DNA from: Dendrobates tinctorius
Lineage: Eukaryota
Direction of reading: 5' to 3'
Assembly (NCBI RefSeq): GCF_039654945.1
Contig: NW_027361693.1
Coordinates: 10,230,001 to 10,294,000 of the forward strand
Length of the DNA: 64,000 nucleotides
The notes under the pieces are model-generated. The model worked only from the letters and a program-made list of their open reading frames with translations. It did no database searches and was not told the origin of the DNA. The translations under genes and the position numbers were made by a program. Of this stretch, positions 1-12,557 are shown piece by piece (the first letter of the stretch is position 1; the number at the start of each line of letters is the position of its first letter).

Positions 1-833
1 CTCTACTAATCGGCCTCCCTTTTTCCAAAATCTCCCCTCTCCAATCTGTCTTGAATGCTGTGGCTAGGATCATATTCCTTCCCAATTGTCATACCGATGC
101 CGCTACCTTGTGTCAGTTATTACACTGGTTACCCATCCACTCCAGAATAAATTACAAACTTATTACCCTCACCAACAAAGCTCTCCATGGCTCAGCATCA
201 CCCTACATCTCCTCCCTTGTCCCAGCCTAACACCCTACCCATGCCCTCCATTCTGCTAATGACCTGAGGTTAACAAAAGAATAATCAGAGCCTCCCACTC
301 CAGTCTCCAAGACTTTTCACGTACTGCACCAATTCTTTGGAATGCACTACCCAGATTAATACGATTAATCGGCAATCCCCACAGTTTTAAGTGTGCCCTA
401 AAATTGCATTTGTTCAGACTGGCCTACATCCTCAACTCATTAACCTAATTATCCCTGTGTGGCTCATTCAAAAATATTTTTTACCATGTTCGGGCTCCTT
501 GCATCATGTTGTCACATGCTTTATGCATTCAATAGCCTTCTGTGTCTGTATTGTATGTACTTAGGCTGTTAACTGGTTCATGCAGGGTTAGAGGAACACC
601 CGATTTATACACTATGTTTGGTCCGAACAATGAAAGCAATTGTTACAATCTACCTTTTGTGTCTCCCCTTTTTCCTTCTAGATTGTAAGCTTGCCAGCAG
701 GGCCCTCATTCCTCTTGGTATCTGTTTTGATCTGTGTTTATTGTTATGCTGTAATGTCTATTGTTTGTCCAAGTCCCCTCTATAATGTAAAATGCTGTGG
801 AATATGTTGGTGCTATAGAAATAAAATTATTAT
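1..833 (+). mobile_element. Degenerate L2/CR1-clade LINE 3' end
   Basis: Resembles the 3' part of the L2 copy at 11560-12205 (LHWLP-like coding remnant, 'tagattgtaagc...cagggccctc' tail, A/T-rich end). Confidence 0.7.
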
Positions 834-2690
834 TCAGAAATTACAACTAAATAATGGTAAAATACAACATTAAATATCAGATGCCTTAGATAGGCTTTGA
901 TTGCAATAATAAATTAAAATTGGAGCAATTTTTGGATGGTGCTATAAATAATCCTGTTGGATTTTTTAGTTAAAAATGTAAAGGTGTGTGCAAGATTAGT
1001 CACAAAAGTGTTGTGTTATTTCTTATTCTTAAGAATCAAGTGTTTATTCCTGCTTAAATAACCAGGTATGTTTCCAATAGGATTTATTCCCAGGGCTCTC
1101 ACTTAATGGAGCTGGAATGTAGCATAGTTGATTATTCTAGTTCCACTACAAATGCAGCCAGTGCCGGCTCCAGCAGCTGTCAGCAAAAGAAAACAATTAT
1201 TCAGGTACTGGAACTAATCCTGTGAAGTAGATTATCGGGACTGGTTACTAAGCAACCAGCAAAAATGTTATAAAATAAGTCCATGTTTCCTATAGAGACA
1301 GGATTGCAAACTGAAGGTCTGTCAAGATTAACTGTGTCTTATAATGGAACTCCTGGGTAAAAGCCATGGTGGTATCCATTGTTGTAGGATTGCTACAGTA
1401 CTGTTCTTAAGCTTACTATTGATGCTTTATATGTACTACAAATCTACTGCTACTGATCAACTGAATTCTGGCACCTGGTATTTAATTAATAAAATGCTTT
1501 AGTGACTGTGGTTGGCAAATTAATCAATAAGTCAAGCTTTCTCTTTTGGTTGGTCGTTCAGCTCCAACATTTAATTGGTCTAGAGGTTCTTGTGAAGGAG
1601 GCAAGCTTTCACCACCCAGCATCTGTCAGTAGACTGAAGCAATGAAATTTGACATTTGCATTGTTTTAAGGCAGGTCAGTGTAGGTAGTTTCATTATACA
1701 ATGTGTGAGATTCCATACTGTATACAGTTCAAGGCTAAGTCTACATTGTGACTTGTAAAATTGCACATCTCAATTTATGTCTATTTACATTCTATGAGTT
1801 ATAATTGTTCCTTTGATGTTTATTTCACTTGAGGTCATGTAAGGGAATATTTCCGTGGAGCACAAGTTTAGCATTCTATTATGTTATTGCAAAGAATGCA
1901 TTTGTATTCTTTATTTCAATGCATACATGTCTTGAAAGGTTCTAAACACCTTTTCACAGAGTTGCCATTATAATTTATTCGCTTCCTGAATCTAAAGTTA
2001 CTCAACTTTCTAAATAATCTTCATTAAAATGAACATTTTGCTTTTGCAATGTTCCTTTAAGTCTTTCTTCTAAAGAGTGCCCATTAATTTATTTTTTGCT
2101 TTCATAAAAGAATAGTACACGTGAAAGACAGAAACTTTGTGACATCTCTTATTAGAAAATTTCTCTTTATGAACTCACGAAGTCAGTCTCAAATGTCTCA
2201 AGCTAAAGGTAACATTTTTCTTCAGTAAATACAGAATTTGCCAATACAAAGATGGGAGATTTAAGTTGGTCCTCAAAAACTTCTATAGAGAACTGTAAGG
2301 GATCATACTCATGACAGTATTTTCAGCTTGAGTGCAAACAGACAAAACATCGGATCATGCCAGGACAAATATTATTCTATTCGCTTTTTTCCCCAGACAA
2401 AGCCGGTCTGGATCAATTTAGATTGCAGTTGGCCATACAAGTCAACGAGTCCACAGAAAACATCTGACAGAACTCAGATAACAATTGCGTGCAGCCCAAT
2501 TTCCATGGATTTACAGAATGGAGAAGATGGAGACTTTTTTTACTTTATATTCTCCTCATCTGAGGAAATTGGATAACACTGTAATCACACTTTGATCAAA
2601 CTCTGGTTAGAGTTTAATTAGATTTTGATTTGCATAATCATCCCAATTCTCTCAAATAATAGAAAATATGGATGTGTGACCCTAGTCTAA

Positions 2691-2860
2691 GGATAAGGCC
2701 CCACTATCAGTATTTGGCGGTATTTTTCCTCATTATTTGAGGAACAATCAGAGAAAAAGCATAACAAGTGCACCACATCTGCATTTTTCCCCACTCCTGC
2801 TTTTGGTTTACAGATACTGAGGAATAATACTGACCAAATACTGAAAGTGGAGCCATAGCC
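2691..2860. mobile_element. Short degenerate MITE (Harbinger-like ends)
   Basis: Inverted ends ggccccactatcagtatttgg / ccaaatactgaaagtggagcc; preceded by TAA. Confidence 0.45.
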
Positions 2861-3890
2861 ACAATGTTTTTTCAGGAGAACTTGTAGCAGAATGTCTTCG
2901 GAAGTTCTGGGTTGTCGGATTCCTTTGGTTTCAATATGCTCTACGCTCACCACACATCTAGATACATTCCTAGAGTGCTGTAGCGTCTAAAATGGTGGCA
3001 CTTTTTGGGGTTTCCATTGTTTAGGAACATCAGGGGCTCTCCAAAAGCCCCATGAAGTCCGCTCTCGATTCCAGCCATTTTCACATTCAAAATTCGAATG
3101 GTGCTCCTTCCCTTCCGAGCCCTGCAGTGTGCCCAAATAGAAGTTTTCTTCCACATATGGGTTATAGGCATGCTCAGGAGAAATTGCACAACAAATTTTT
3201 CATTTTCTCTTGTCATTCTTATGAAAATAAAAAGTATTGAGCTAAAGTAAAATGATTATTTTTTCCTTCCACATTCTATTAATTCCTGTAAAGCACCTAA
3301 AGGGTTAATACATTTTTTGAATGTGGGTTTGAGGACTTTGAGAGGTGAAGTTTTTAGAATAGTGCCACTTTTGGGCATTTTCTCTCATATAGGCACCCCC
3401 TAAGTCACTTCAAGTGTGATGTGGTCTCTAAAAAATAGTTTTGCAAATTTTGTTGGAAAACTTCGAAATTGCTGAGCAACTTTGTACCCTTCCAATTTCC
3501 TTAGTAAAAAGGTATGTTTAAAAAATGATGCAGATGTGAAGTAGACATATGGGAAAAAGTATTTATTAATTATTTTCACTGGTATACATATCTGATTTAA
3601 GGGCATAAAAATGTAAAGTTTGTTAAGTGCAAATTTTCAAATTTTTTTGCAAAATTTTCAATATGTTCATAAATATCTTTAAATCATATCAAACAAAATT
3701 TACCACTAACATTACGTTCAATATGTGATGAAAAAAATATCTCAGGATCACTGTGATCCGTTGAAGCATTCCAGAGTTATTTCCACATAAAGTGACTGGT
3801 CAAATTTAAAAAATTTCACCTGGTTATTGAGGTCAAAATTAGCTTAATCACTAAGGCCTCTTTCACACATCAGGTTTTCGCCGTCAGGCG

Positions 3891-4200
3891 CGATCCGGCG
3901 CTTTTGACAGAAACCGGATCCGGCGAAATGCAATGCCGGATCCAGTTTCCCCCCATTGACTTGCATTTGCACCAGATCGCGCCGGACGGCCATGCGTTTC
4001 ATCCGGTTTTCGCCGGATCCGGCAATGTGTCGCGATCCGGCGTCTGGAAAAAACGGCTACTGTAAAGTTTTTTGTCTCCGGCGAAAAAGCCGGACACGCC
4101 GGATCCGGCGCGTCCGGCTTTTTCACACAATGAAAGCCTATGAGCGCCGCAATGTGCCGGATCCGGCGAAAGCTGGATCCCGCGGCAGGATCCGGTTTTT
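3891..4200. repeat. Left subterminal array of palindromic (C)CGGATCCG(G) motifs
   Basis: About nine ggatcc/cgatccgg-centred motifs; mirrored at 9055-9225. Confidence 0.8.
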
Positions 4201-4237
4201 TGGTCTGAGCATGCTCAGTAGCTCTGCCCACAAGACA

Positions 4238-4246
4238 TATATAAAA
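4238..4246 (+). promoter_or_regulatory. Putative TATA box of the Harbinger MADF gene
   Basis: tatataaaa ~35 bp upstream of the ATG at 4279. Confidence 0.5.
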
Positions 4247-4278
4247 GCAAGACAGTGGGACCCACAGCCACACCCAAC

Positions 4279-7051
4279 ATGCCACCCAAGAAAGCAACCA
4301 AGCGCAGCAGGAGAAGGCAGGAGACCACTGCAGCACCATCAGCACCACCACCACCCCAAATGGAGCAGCAAATGGAACATGCTGAGGAGGGGAGGCCAGC
4401 AGCAGATGAGAGACGGTAATTATCAAATCCCCCATTCCTCCAAACTAGGGCTATTGAATATCAAGATATTCATTGGCCCTTTGTTTCTCTTTATTCAACA
4501 GCCGCCCAATAGATGCAGCAGCAGCAGCAGCAATGGCAGCAGCTGGAACACCACCCACAGGCATGGAGTGTGGCCACCAGGAAGACAGCACATCATCTTC
4601 TGGGAGCCCTCCCTCGCATCGTCAGCGTTTGACGGTAAGTTTTTATTTCCAAAATCCATCTTCTCTGTAATATATGTCTATTCATTGCCTTTTATTTCAA
4701 AACAGGATTCACAAGATGAAGAGGAGCTCCCAGAAGAAGAAGGAAGGGGTGGACAGACACCTGGAGTGGGCTCACAATTGGTAAGTTTTTTGCATCAAAC
4801 GCAGAAACACAACATCACACTACACACAACACATAGAAAACAATGTTCTGCAGACCACACACAGCAAACAAATGCCTACATCCAAAGACATAACATTTTT
4901 TGTTTTCTTCTCTAGTCTTCCCAATCTGGTGCTCGGCCAAGAGGTCCTCGCAGTGCCTCCCAGGGTCGTCGGCGACAGCAACGCGGCGGTCACCAGCGTG
5001 TAAGTATAAATATTTTTGCTTTGTTTTTTTGCACTTTTTATTTCATTTCTTTTGTGGAGGCTAATTATGTTATTTTTGTCTTTTTCTTTAACAGCCTTCA
5101 TAGCGTGCTCCCGACTCTGACGGTGAGGATGGAGGACTCGATGTGGACCACCTCATCGATCTCGTCAGAGAAAGGGAGCCGCTCTGGAATATGGCTGACC
5201 GCCGCCACGCTGACCTTATCGTTACCCGACGACTCTGGGAGGAAATCTGTTCGCTCCTTGTGGGCCGCTGGGAGGACCTCGATGTTCGGGCCCAGATTAA
5301 AGAGCGTAAGTATATACAGTACCGGTTGCTTGATGTAAACCAGTGTTTCCCGAACTCCAGTCCTCGTGGTCCCCACGTATCATGTGTTCAGGATTTCTAT
5401 TTACTATGGAAATCCTGAAAACATGACCCCTGGGGACCATGAGGACTGGAGTTTGTGAAACACTGATGTTGTATACTAACCACTCCTTTCTCGTTTCAGG
5501 GAACAGAATTGTGAATCGGTGGCGGTCTGTGAGGGATCGTTTCAAGAAGGAGTTCAATAAAGAGATGCGGGCCCCGAGTGGATCTGGAGGATGCAGGAGC
5601 AAGTACAAGTACGCAGAAGCCCTGTCGTTCCTCCGGGAAACAATGGTCACTAGAAGGTAAATATTACACACCACATGTGAAAAAAAATGTTAGATGTAAA
5701 TTTTTTTTTTCAGCCAGGGCCATACCATGTCAGTATTTTAATTGTTTTTTTTTTCTCTTTTTTCCACAGCACGGTGAGCAGCACTCGGGAGCCTGCACGA
5801 TTGGACCCTTCTGAGGCGATCCCTGAGGAGACCGGCACCGAGGGACACTTCGACTGCCCCGGTACATCTGCACCTTCCCAGCCTTCCCACACATTCGACC
5901 CATCTGTCCCATCCACCAGCACAGGAGCATCGTGGCCGCCTACATTACATGAAGCTGCTGGTGAGGAGATCGCTTTCCCTTTACCCCACCCTTCTGCCCC
6001 TGCCACCTCTAGTACACCTGCGGGTACTGGGCGGCAGCGGCAGAGGGGTCAGGAAAAGACTTATGCGCCAGAGTTCTTGCATCTGAATGCATCTTTCCAG
6101 AACTGTCTAAAAGTCTTGTCAGAGCAAATCTCCGCAGGCTATCAGCAGATCAACTCCAGCATTCTGGAGGTGAAGACACTTCTGCAAACCATGCATTCAG
6201 AAGCAAGATCTTTGCCAAACCACACCTTTTTCAGGTCTGTTGTGGAGCGCATGGAAACGCTCTCTCCTGCCCAGCAGATGCATGTAATGCATTCATGCCA
6301 CGCTGCTCTCCAGCAAGTTACCTCCCAACCTCCTCCTCCCACCACAGTAGTTACTCCACCTGCACCCCCTCCAGCCACTTTCCATCCTCCCCCTCCTATT
6401 ACATCTACACCCCCTCCAGCCACTTTCCATCCTCCCCCTCCTATTACATCTACACCCCCTCCAGCCACTTTCCATCCTCCCCCTCCTATTACATACCATC
6501 CACCTCCCCAGCACCATCCACCTCCCCAGCACCATCCACCTCCCCAGCACCAGCAACCTCCCCAGTACCAGCAACCTCCCCAGTACCAGCAACCTCCCCA
6601 GTACCAGCAACCTCCCCAGTACCTGCAAACTCCCCAGTACCAGCAACCTCCCCAGTACCAGACATCTCCCCACTTCCAGCAACCTGCCCCGTACCAGACA
6701 TCTCCCCACTTCCAGCAACCTGCCCCGTACCAGACATCTCCCCACTTCCAGCAACCTGCCCCGTACCAGACATCTCCCCACTTCCAGCAACCTGCCCTGT
6801 ACCAAACTCCTTCCCCATACAACTTGCCATCAACATCATCTGCTCCTACAGTCCCTGCCCAACCCTCCACTCCACCACCCACCACCTCTTCTGCTTCCCA
6901 CATGTCCACCCATTCTGTAGTTTTTTCCACACCTTCACCTCTAACTGTTCCTTCCCCACCACGATCCCAGTCCTCTCTCCACACTCCCAGTGTCGAAGTG
7001 TCCCGCAGCCCCTCCAGCAGTATTTCCACCACACACTACACAGATTTATAA
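4279..7051 (+). CDS. Harbinger Myb/SANT-like (MADF) DNA-binding protein with BESS-like motif and Pro/Gln-rich tail; join(4279..4415,4502..4634,4706..4780,4916..4999,5095..5305,5500..5656,5770..7051); in-frame TAG at 5101-5103
   Basis: Six GT-AG introns with compatible phases; N-terminal MPPKKATKRSRRR (NLS-like); MADF signature LIDLVREREPLW...LWEEI...RWRSVRDRFKKE...YKYAEALSFL; BESS-like NHTFFRSVVERMETLSPAQQMHVMHSCHAALQQV; AATAAA at 7064. Confidence 0.8.
5341..5465. mobile_element. ~125-bp MITE in intron 5 of the MADF gene (hAT-like CAGTG ends)
   Basis: cagtgtttcccgaactccagtcctcgtggtcccca vs tggggaccatgaggactggagtttgtgaaacactg; TSD not clear. Confidence 0.65.
6363..6810 (+). repeat. Coding tandem repeats (45-bp x3, 18-bp x~9, 36-bp x4)
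   Basis: TPPPATFHPPPPITS, [HY][HQ][PQ]PPQ and YQTSPHFQQPAP units in ORF 5687..7051. Confidence 0.9.
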
Positions 7052-7273
7052 TGTGTGTATTTAAATAAAAATGATCAGTTTTATGGTTTCAAAGCTTTAT
7101 TAAACAAGTTTATTAAAATTTTAAAAAAGTTTACTAAAAAAAACATTTTTCAATAAAAGTTAAATTATTTTACACTGGTTGTCTGTCATTTCTTTCTGCG
7201 GCGAAAAAGGTTAAATACAGGGTATTTAAAAGGTGAAATGGTATTCAAAACTAGGTATATAACTGTGGGTAAA

Positions 7274-7445
7274 TTTTAGCTTTTTGCCACAGTTGTGTTC
7301 CTGGTTGTGTTTGAAGCAAAGTATTTCACCTAAAAAGTTGTGTTTATTGTTGGTGATTTCCTAACAATGTACACAACTTTTGTTAAAAGGTGAAATACTT
7401 TGCATAAAACACAACCAGGTACACACCTGTGGCCTAAAGCTAAAA
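7274..7445. repeat. Imperfect inverted repeat between the two convergent Harbinger genes
   Basis: ccacagttgtgttcctggttgtgtttgaagcaaagtatttcacc pairs with ggtgaaatactttgcataaaacacaaccaggtacacacctgtgg. Confidence 0.75.
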
Positions 7446-7537
7446 ATAGAGACCATGACAAGATAGCCAACTTTGGTTGGCAAAGGTATATACTGTTGGT
7501 ACAGAAGGTACACAAGTTTGGTTAGGGCACAAATCTT

Positions 7538-8914
7538 TCACACTCTGTCATCCTGCCAGTGTACTCTGCCTTGAGGTGACATAAAGTATAGTGCAAAATT
7601 GTCCCTCATTACTGAAACCGTCACAGAACTTCTAGTGGTAATGTCATGGTAATCTTGCAAGGTGGTTTCTTCAGAGGTGTCCTCAATGGAAATGGGTTCC
7701 TTGCAGATAACAAAATTGTGGAGTACCACGCACGCTTTGATCACCTCATCCACAGTTTCTGTCTTGAGGTTGATCGCAGTCAATAGGACCCGCCATTTGG
7801 CTGTCAGAATACCAAAGGTACATTCAACCATTCTTCTTGCTCTTGTGAGGCGGTAATTAAAAATGCGTTTTGGTCTTGTCAATCCTCTGCTAGAGTACGG
7901 TTTCAAAAGGTGTTCTGACAGCTGGAAGGCTTCATCCCCTACACAGACAAATGGCATAGGTGGACCAGATGTTTGCGGCAGCGGTCTAGGTGGTGGGAAC
8001 TGGAAGGTGTTTCCATACAGTTTACGCCCCATGGCAGACAGTTTGAAAACTTGAGAGTCATTGGAGCGGCCATAGGCCCCAATATCAACCGCAATAAATT
8101 TGTATTCCGCGTCAGCGATGGCCATGAGGACAATTGAAAAATATTTCTTGTAATTGAAATATTCCGATCCAGCTGGCTTTACAATGCGGATATGTTTCCC
8201 GTCCACAGCGCCCAAGCAGTTTGGAAACTGACATATCTGTTGAAACTTGTCAGCAATTTCAATCCACCTCTCTGTTGTGGGCTCTGGTAAAAACTCTTCA
8301 GCTAAGGAGTCCCACAGTGCACGGCATGTGTACTTCACAATTCCAGATATGGTGGAAATCCCGAGTCTGTACTGGAAATGCAGTGACGAAAGGGATTCTC
8401 CAGTTGCAAGAAATCTGTGGGGAATTAAAAAACAATAAATTAGTTTTAAATTACAGCATTACATACCAAAACTGACCTATAACACTTGGAGATACAAACT
8501 ACCACCAACAAGATTGCAGTGAAAGTGTGCTCTGATGCGAGCATATCCAATAAATGTGGCTTACCTTAAAGTCACCATCAGACGCTCTGCGGGTGAAACA
8601 GAGAAGCGGCAATAGGTGTCCGCTTTTCTTATGAGGTGTGCAATGCACTCCACCAAGTAATCAAAATTCTCCATTTTCATCCTAACATATCCAAAAAATG
8701 TATCCGGGTTTCGTCGAAGGTCCATGCAGAGTGTAGAATAGACCCCACACGTCATTCTCTTGGCTGTGATGGGGTGGATCCACAAACGTCGTCTACGATG
8801 CCTGATGCGCTGCTGTCTCGCTCTCTCCTTCTCCAGAACAATCACCCTCAAACGATTCGCCTCCGCTATAAAATCCGCCAAATTCTTCAAAATATTTCCA
8901 ATGACAACATCCAT
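7538..8914 (-). CDS. Harbinger (HARBI1-like, DDE_Tnp_4) transposase, complement(join(7538..8414,8565..8914)), 408 aa
   Basis: GT-AG intron joins ...ERLMVTLR to FLATGESLSSLHFQYRLGISTISGIV...; motifs FPNCLGAVDGKH, YFNYKKYFS, GDEAF, FNYRLTRARRMVECTFG, ACVVLHNF; no internal stops. Confidence 0.92.
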
Positions 8915-10799
8915 CTTCGCCAGTAAACTTGCTCTTCTCTCCAACCTGCACTTTCTCCTCTACAACCTGTCAAAGAAGGGCTGTAGGAACATGCTCTATA
9001 TAGTTTTCCAGTAGCCAATCCCGTTCGGAAGGCCACAAGGGTCAATTTTAAAAACCGGATCCGGCGTAATCCGTCGAAAAACGGATAGAAAAACGGATGA
9101 ACCGGATGAGACGGATCCGGTTTTGTCTGTCAAGAAAAAGACGGATCCGGCAGAAAACCGGATCCGTCACATCAGGTTTTACGAAACATTTGCCGGATCC
9201 GGCGTTCCGGCACGACGCCGGATCGCGCCTGACGCCGAAAACCTGATGTGTGAAAGTAGCCTAAGGGGTAAAAGTGGCTGTTTGGTCTAAAGCTATGTAG
9301 ACTGACTGTAGACTTGTGAAGCCTCACGTCCGCCAGTATGTGATTTGCATACTCCCGGCTACATTTAGACTAGATGAGCGCAGACTTGCTTCATACACCT
9401 GCATGGAGTGAGGTTGCAGCCACCTAGTCAGTTTGTGTTTGGGAATATGAATATTACACACTCACATGAGTGGTGAAAAAAAATTGAATATTTGTGACAA
9501 AAGTGTTTTTGATTTTTTTTGCCATTTTTGAAAGAGACATAACATTTTCATTTAATGGGATCTGGGCTGGGTGACGGCTTATTTTTTTGTGAACTGAGCA
9601 GACATTTTTTTTTAATCCATTTTAGGGCATTTACAATGTTTGGATCACATTTTATTGCATTTTAATGTAATGCTGCAGAGTCCAAAAAAATGTTTTTCTG
9701 GCTTTTTTAAATATTTTAATAGGTCGGGCATTAATGAACGCAGCGATATCAAATGTGTGCATTTTTTTTAATCAGCCATCAAATCGCAGGGAATATGTGC
9801 AATGAGTAGTGATAAAATTGTCATGTCTATCCTTAAAAGGCATTAATAAAAATGTTGTCTCAACTCGCAAAAGCAAGCTCTAACACTTTTTCATATACCG
9901 AAAAATGCAAGCATTACGGGTCTTGGAAAATATTGACAAAATAAATTTATTTTTCTACAAATTCCAATTTTTTTAGTTTGCAAATAAAATAAAAACTGGA
10001 CATGTTTATTATCGCTGCAATCGTTATGATGAGGAGAACCTTTTTTACCACACAATGTAAGCTGAAAAAACAATTCCCAAAAAACAATGTCAGTCCAGTG
10101 TCCAGTACACTGTGGTAAAATGAATGGTGTCACACAAAAGTACAAGTTGTTCTGCAAAAACAAGTTATATGTCTATGTCGACAGAAATATATAAAATGCT
10201 ATCGACCTTGTGAGAAAGGATAGGTAAAAAAACAAAACACAAAAACAAAAATTGGGCCTCGTCAGGAAGGGGTATATACTCATACATCACATACTCACCC
10301 TTCAGAGATAAGGGGGATGATGGAATACAAATTGTTCTGTAAGTAACAGAGTGGTGTAGCTGTAGTATGTTCTACAACTAAGTTATTCAGATGTAGCAGA
10401 GCTCATTTTATGACATATTTAAAATCTCAGCTCTAGTAACGAGGTCTGCCCAGATGTAGCATAGTTGTATTTGTCAGTGTAAAGGTGCTCAATATGACAA
10501 ATTCAACTCGACTATATCTCTGTTGTATGTAGCGATGTAGTGATTTTGTCTTGAAGTGAGTGGTCACATTACAGCCCTGTCAGCAGCTGCCTCTTCCTGC
10601 CCCCTCACCATATAACCCCAGCTCACTCAATTTGTCTCTATCTGTCTCCTGTGCTGTCATTCCCTCACTTTCCCTTGTTATCACCTTTTCTCCATTGCTT
10701 ATTGATCTCTCCTTGCTCAGCAGTGCAGACCCAGAAGATCGCTGAGAGGTGTTGGTGGGGCCATGTCAGGCACTGGAGCCATGGGAGGATATAATGACC

Positions 10800-12205
10800 T
10801 ATATTAAGGTCACCAATGACCTACTAGCCACCAAGGCCAAGCGACACTACTGTGTTCCTCCTCCTAGACCTGTCCTCTGCCTTTGACACAGTGGACCATT
10901 CCCTTTTACTGCAGACCCTCTCAACTCTTGGTATCACAGACTTGGCCCTATCTTGGATTGCGTCATACCTAGCAGACCAGACATTCAGTGTCTCCCACTC
11001 GCAAACCACCTCCTCACCACGCCCCCTATCCATCGGAGTCCCGCAAGGTTCAGTTCTAGGGCCCCTGCTCTTCTCCATTTACACCTTCGGCCTCGGACAG
11101 CTCATAGAATCTCATGGCTTTCAGCATCACCTCTATGCTGATGATGCACAGATTTACATCTCTGGACCAGATATCACCTCCCTACTGAACAGAATCCCTC
11201 AATGTCTGTCTGCTATTTCATCCTTCTTCTCCGCTAGATTTCTAAAACTTAATATGGACAAAACAGAATTAATCATCTTTCCCCATCTCATGTGACCCCC
11301 CCAAAGGACCTATCCATTAAAGTAAATGGCTGCCAACTCTCTCCAGTCCCACAAGCTCGCTGCCTCGGGGTTATCCTTGACTCTTATCTCTCTTTCAACC
11401 CACATAACCAAGCCCTTTCCACTTCTTGCCGACTTCAACTCAAAAATATTTCACGGATACATACATTCCTCAACCAAGAATCTGCAAAGACCCTTGTCCA
11501 TGCCCTCATCATCTCCCGCCTTGACTACTGCAACCTCCTGCTCTGTGGCCTCCCCTCTAACACTCTTGCACCCCTCCAATCTATTCTAAACTCTGCTGCC
11601 TGACTAATCCCCCTGTCCCCCCACAATTCCCTGGCCTCTCCCCTCTGTCAATCCCTGCACTGGCTCCCCATTACCCAAAGACTCCAGTTCAAAACACTAA
11701 CCATGACATACAAAGCCATCCACAACCTGAGTCCTCCATACATCTGTGACCTTGTCTCCCGGTACTTACCTGCACGAAATCTCCGATCCTCACAAGATCT
11801 CCTCCTGTACTCCCCTCTTATCTTCTCTTCCCACAATCGCATACAAGATTTATCCCGCGCATCCCCCTACTCTGGAACTCTCTACCACAACATACCAGAC
11901 TCTTGCCTACCATGGAAACCTTCAAAAAGAACCTGAAGACGTACCTCTTCCGACAAGCCTACAACCTGCAGTAGCCACCAATCCACCAAACCGCTGCATG
12001 ACCAGCTCTACTCTGGCCTACTGTATCCTCACCGATCCCTTGTAGATTGTGAGCCCTCGCGGGCAGGGTCCTCTCTCATCCTGTACCAGTCGTGACTTGT
12101 ATTGTTTAAGATTACTGTACTTGTATGTATTATGTATACCCCTCCTCACATGGAAAGCGCCATGGAATAAATGGCGCTATAATAATAAATAATAAAAATA
12201 ATAAT
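10800..12205 (+). mobile_element. 5'-truncated L2 LINE with broken reverse transcriptase ORF
   Basis: [41 protein letters not shown]; frameshift near 11290 and stop at 11601; (AAT)n tail. Confidence 0.9.
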
Positions 12206-12557
12206 ATTAAGAAAAAGACTGGACAACCCCTAATAACCTTCATACCTTCATCATTTTTGAATGTGCCTTAGTTTCTCTCCTTGGGATCTCACCATTCCTC
12301 ACTCTTTTCTTTCCCCTTATTAGCAGTGTGTTGTGACCTTCCCTCTGGTTCTTCAGGAGGTACAAGAAACCCCTCATCCAAGTTGGTGATTATTAGTTGC
12401 GCGGCTAGGTCCTTTCTAGTCTGTTGAGAGACCAGGTGTGTGTAGGTGCAGCCTTTCCCTGGTGTGTGTGTGTGAACTTGTGCATAACATATATTATATG
12501 TTATACACATTAAATATATTTATATACATACTGTGTATATATATATATATATATATA

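Larger units (their letters stand above)
3855..9261. mobile_element. Autonomous-type PIF/Harbinger DNA transposon
   Basis: ~46-bp TIRs (ggcctctttcacacatcaggttttcgccgtcaggcgcgatccggcg / rc ggctactttcacacatcaggttttcggcgtcaggcgcgatccggcg); TAA TSD at 3852-3854 and 9262-9264; encodes a transposase and a Myb/SANT-like protein. Confidence 0.95.

Noticed and set aside
3884-4915. ORFs 3956..4915 (+) and 3884..4435 (-) as genes
   Set aside because: They arise from GC-rich subterminal repeats; the spliced model from ATG 4279 explains the region better.
6142-7068. Gly/Trp-rich antisense and alternative-frame ORFs
   Set aside because: By-products of stop-free tandem repeats in the MADF gene's last exon.
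7538-8914. Host HARBI1 gene
   Set aside because: Enclosed by TIRs and a TSD with a Myb-like partner, so it is a transposon gene.
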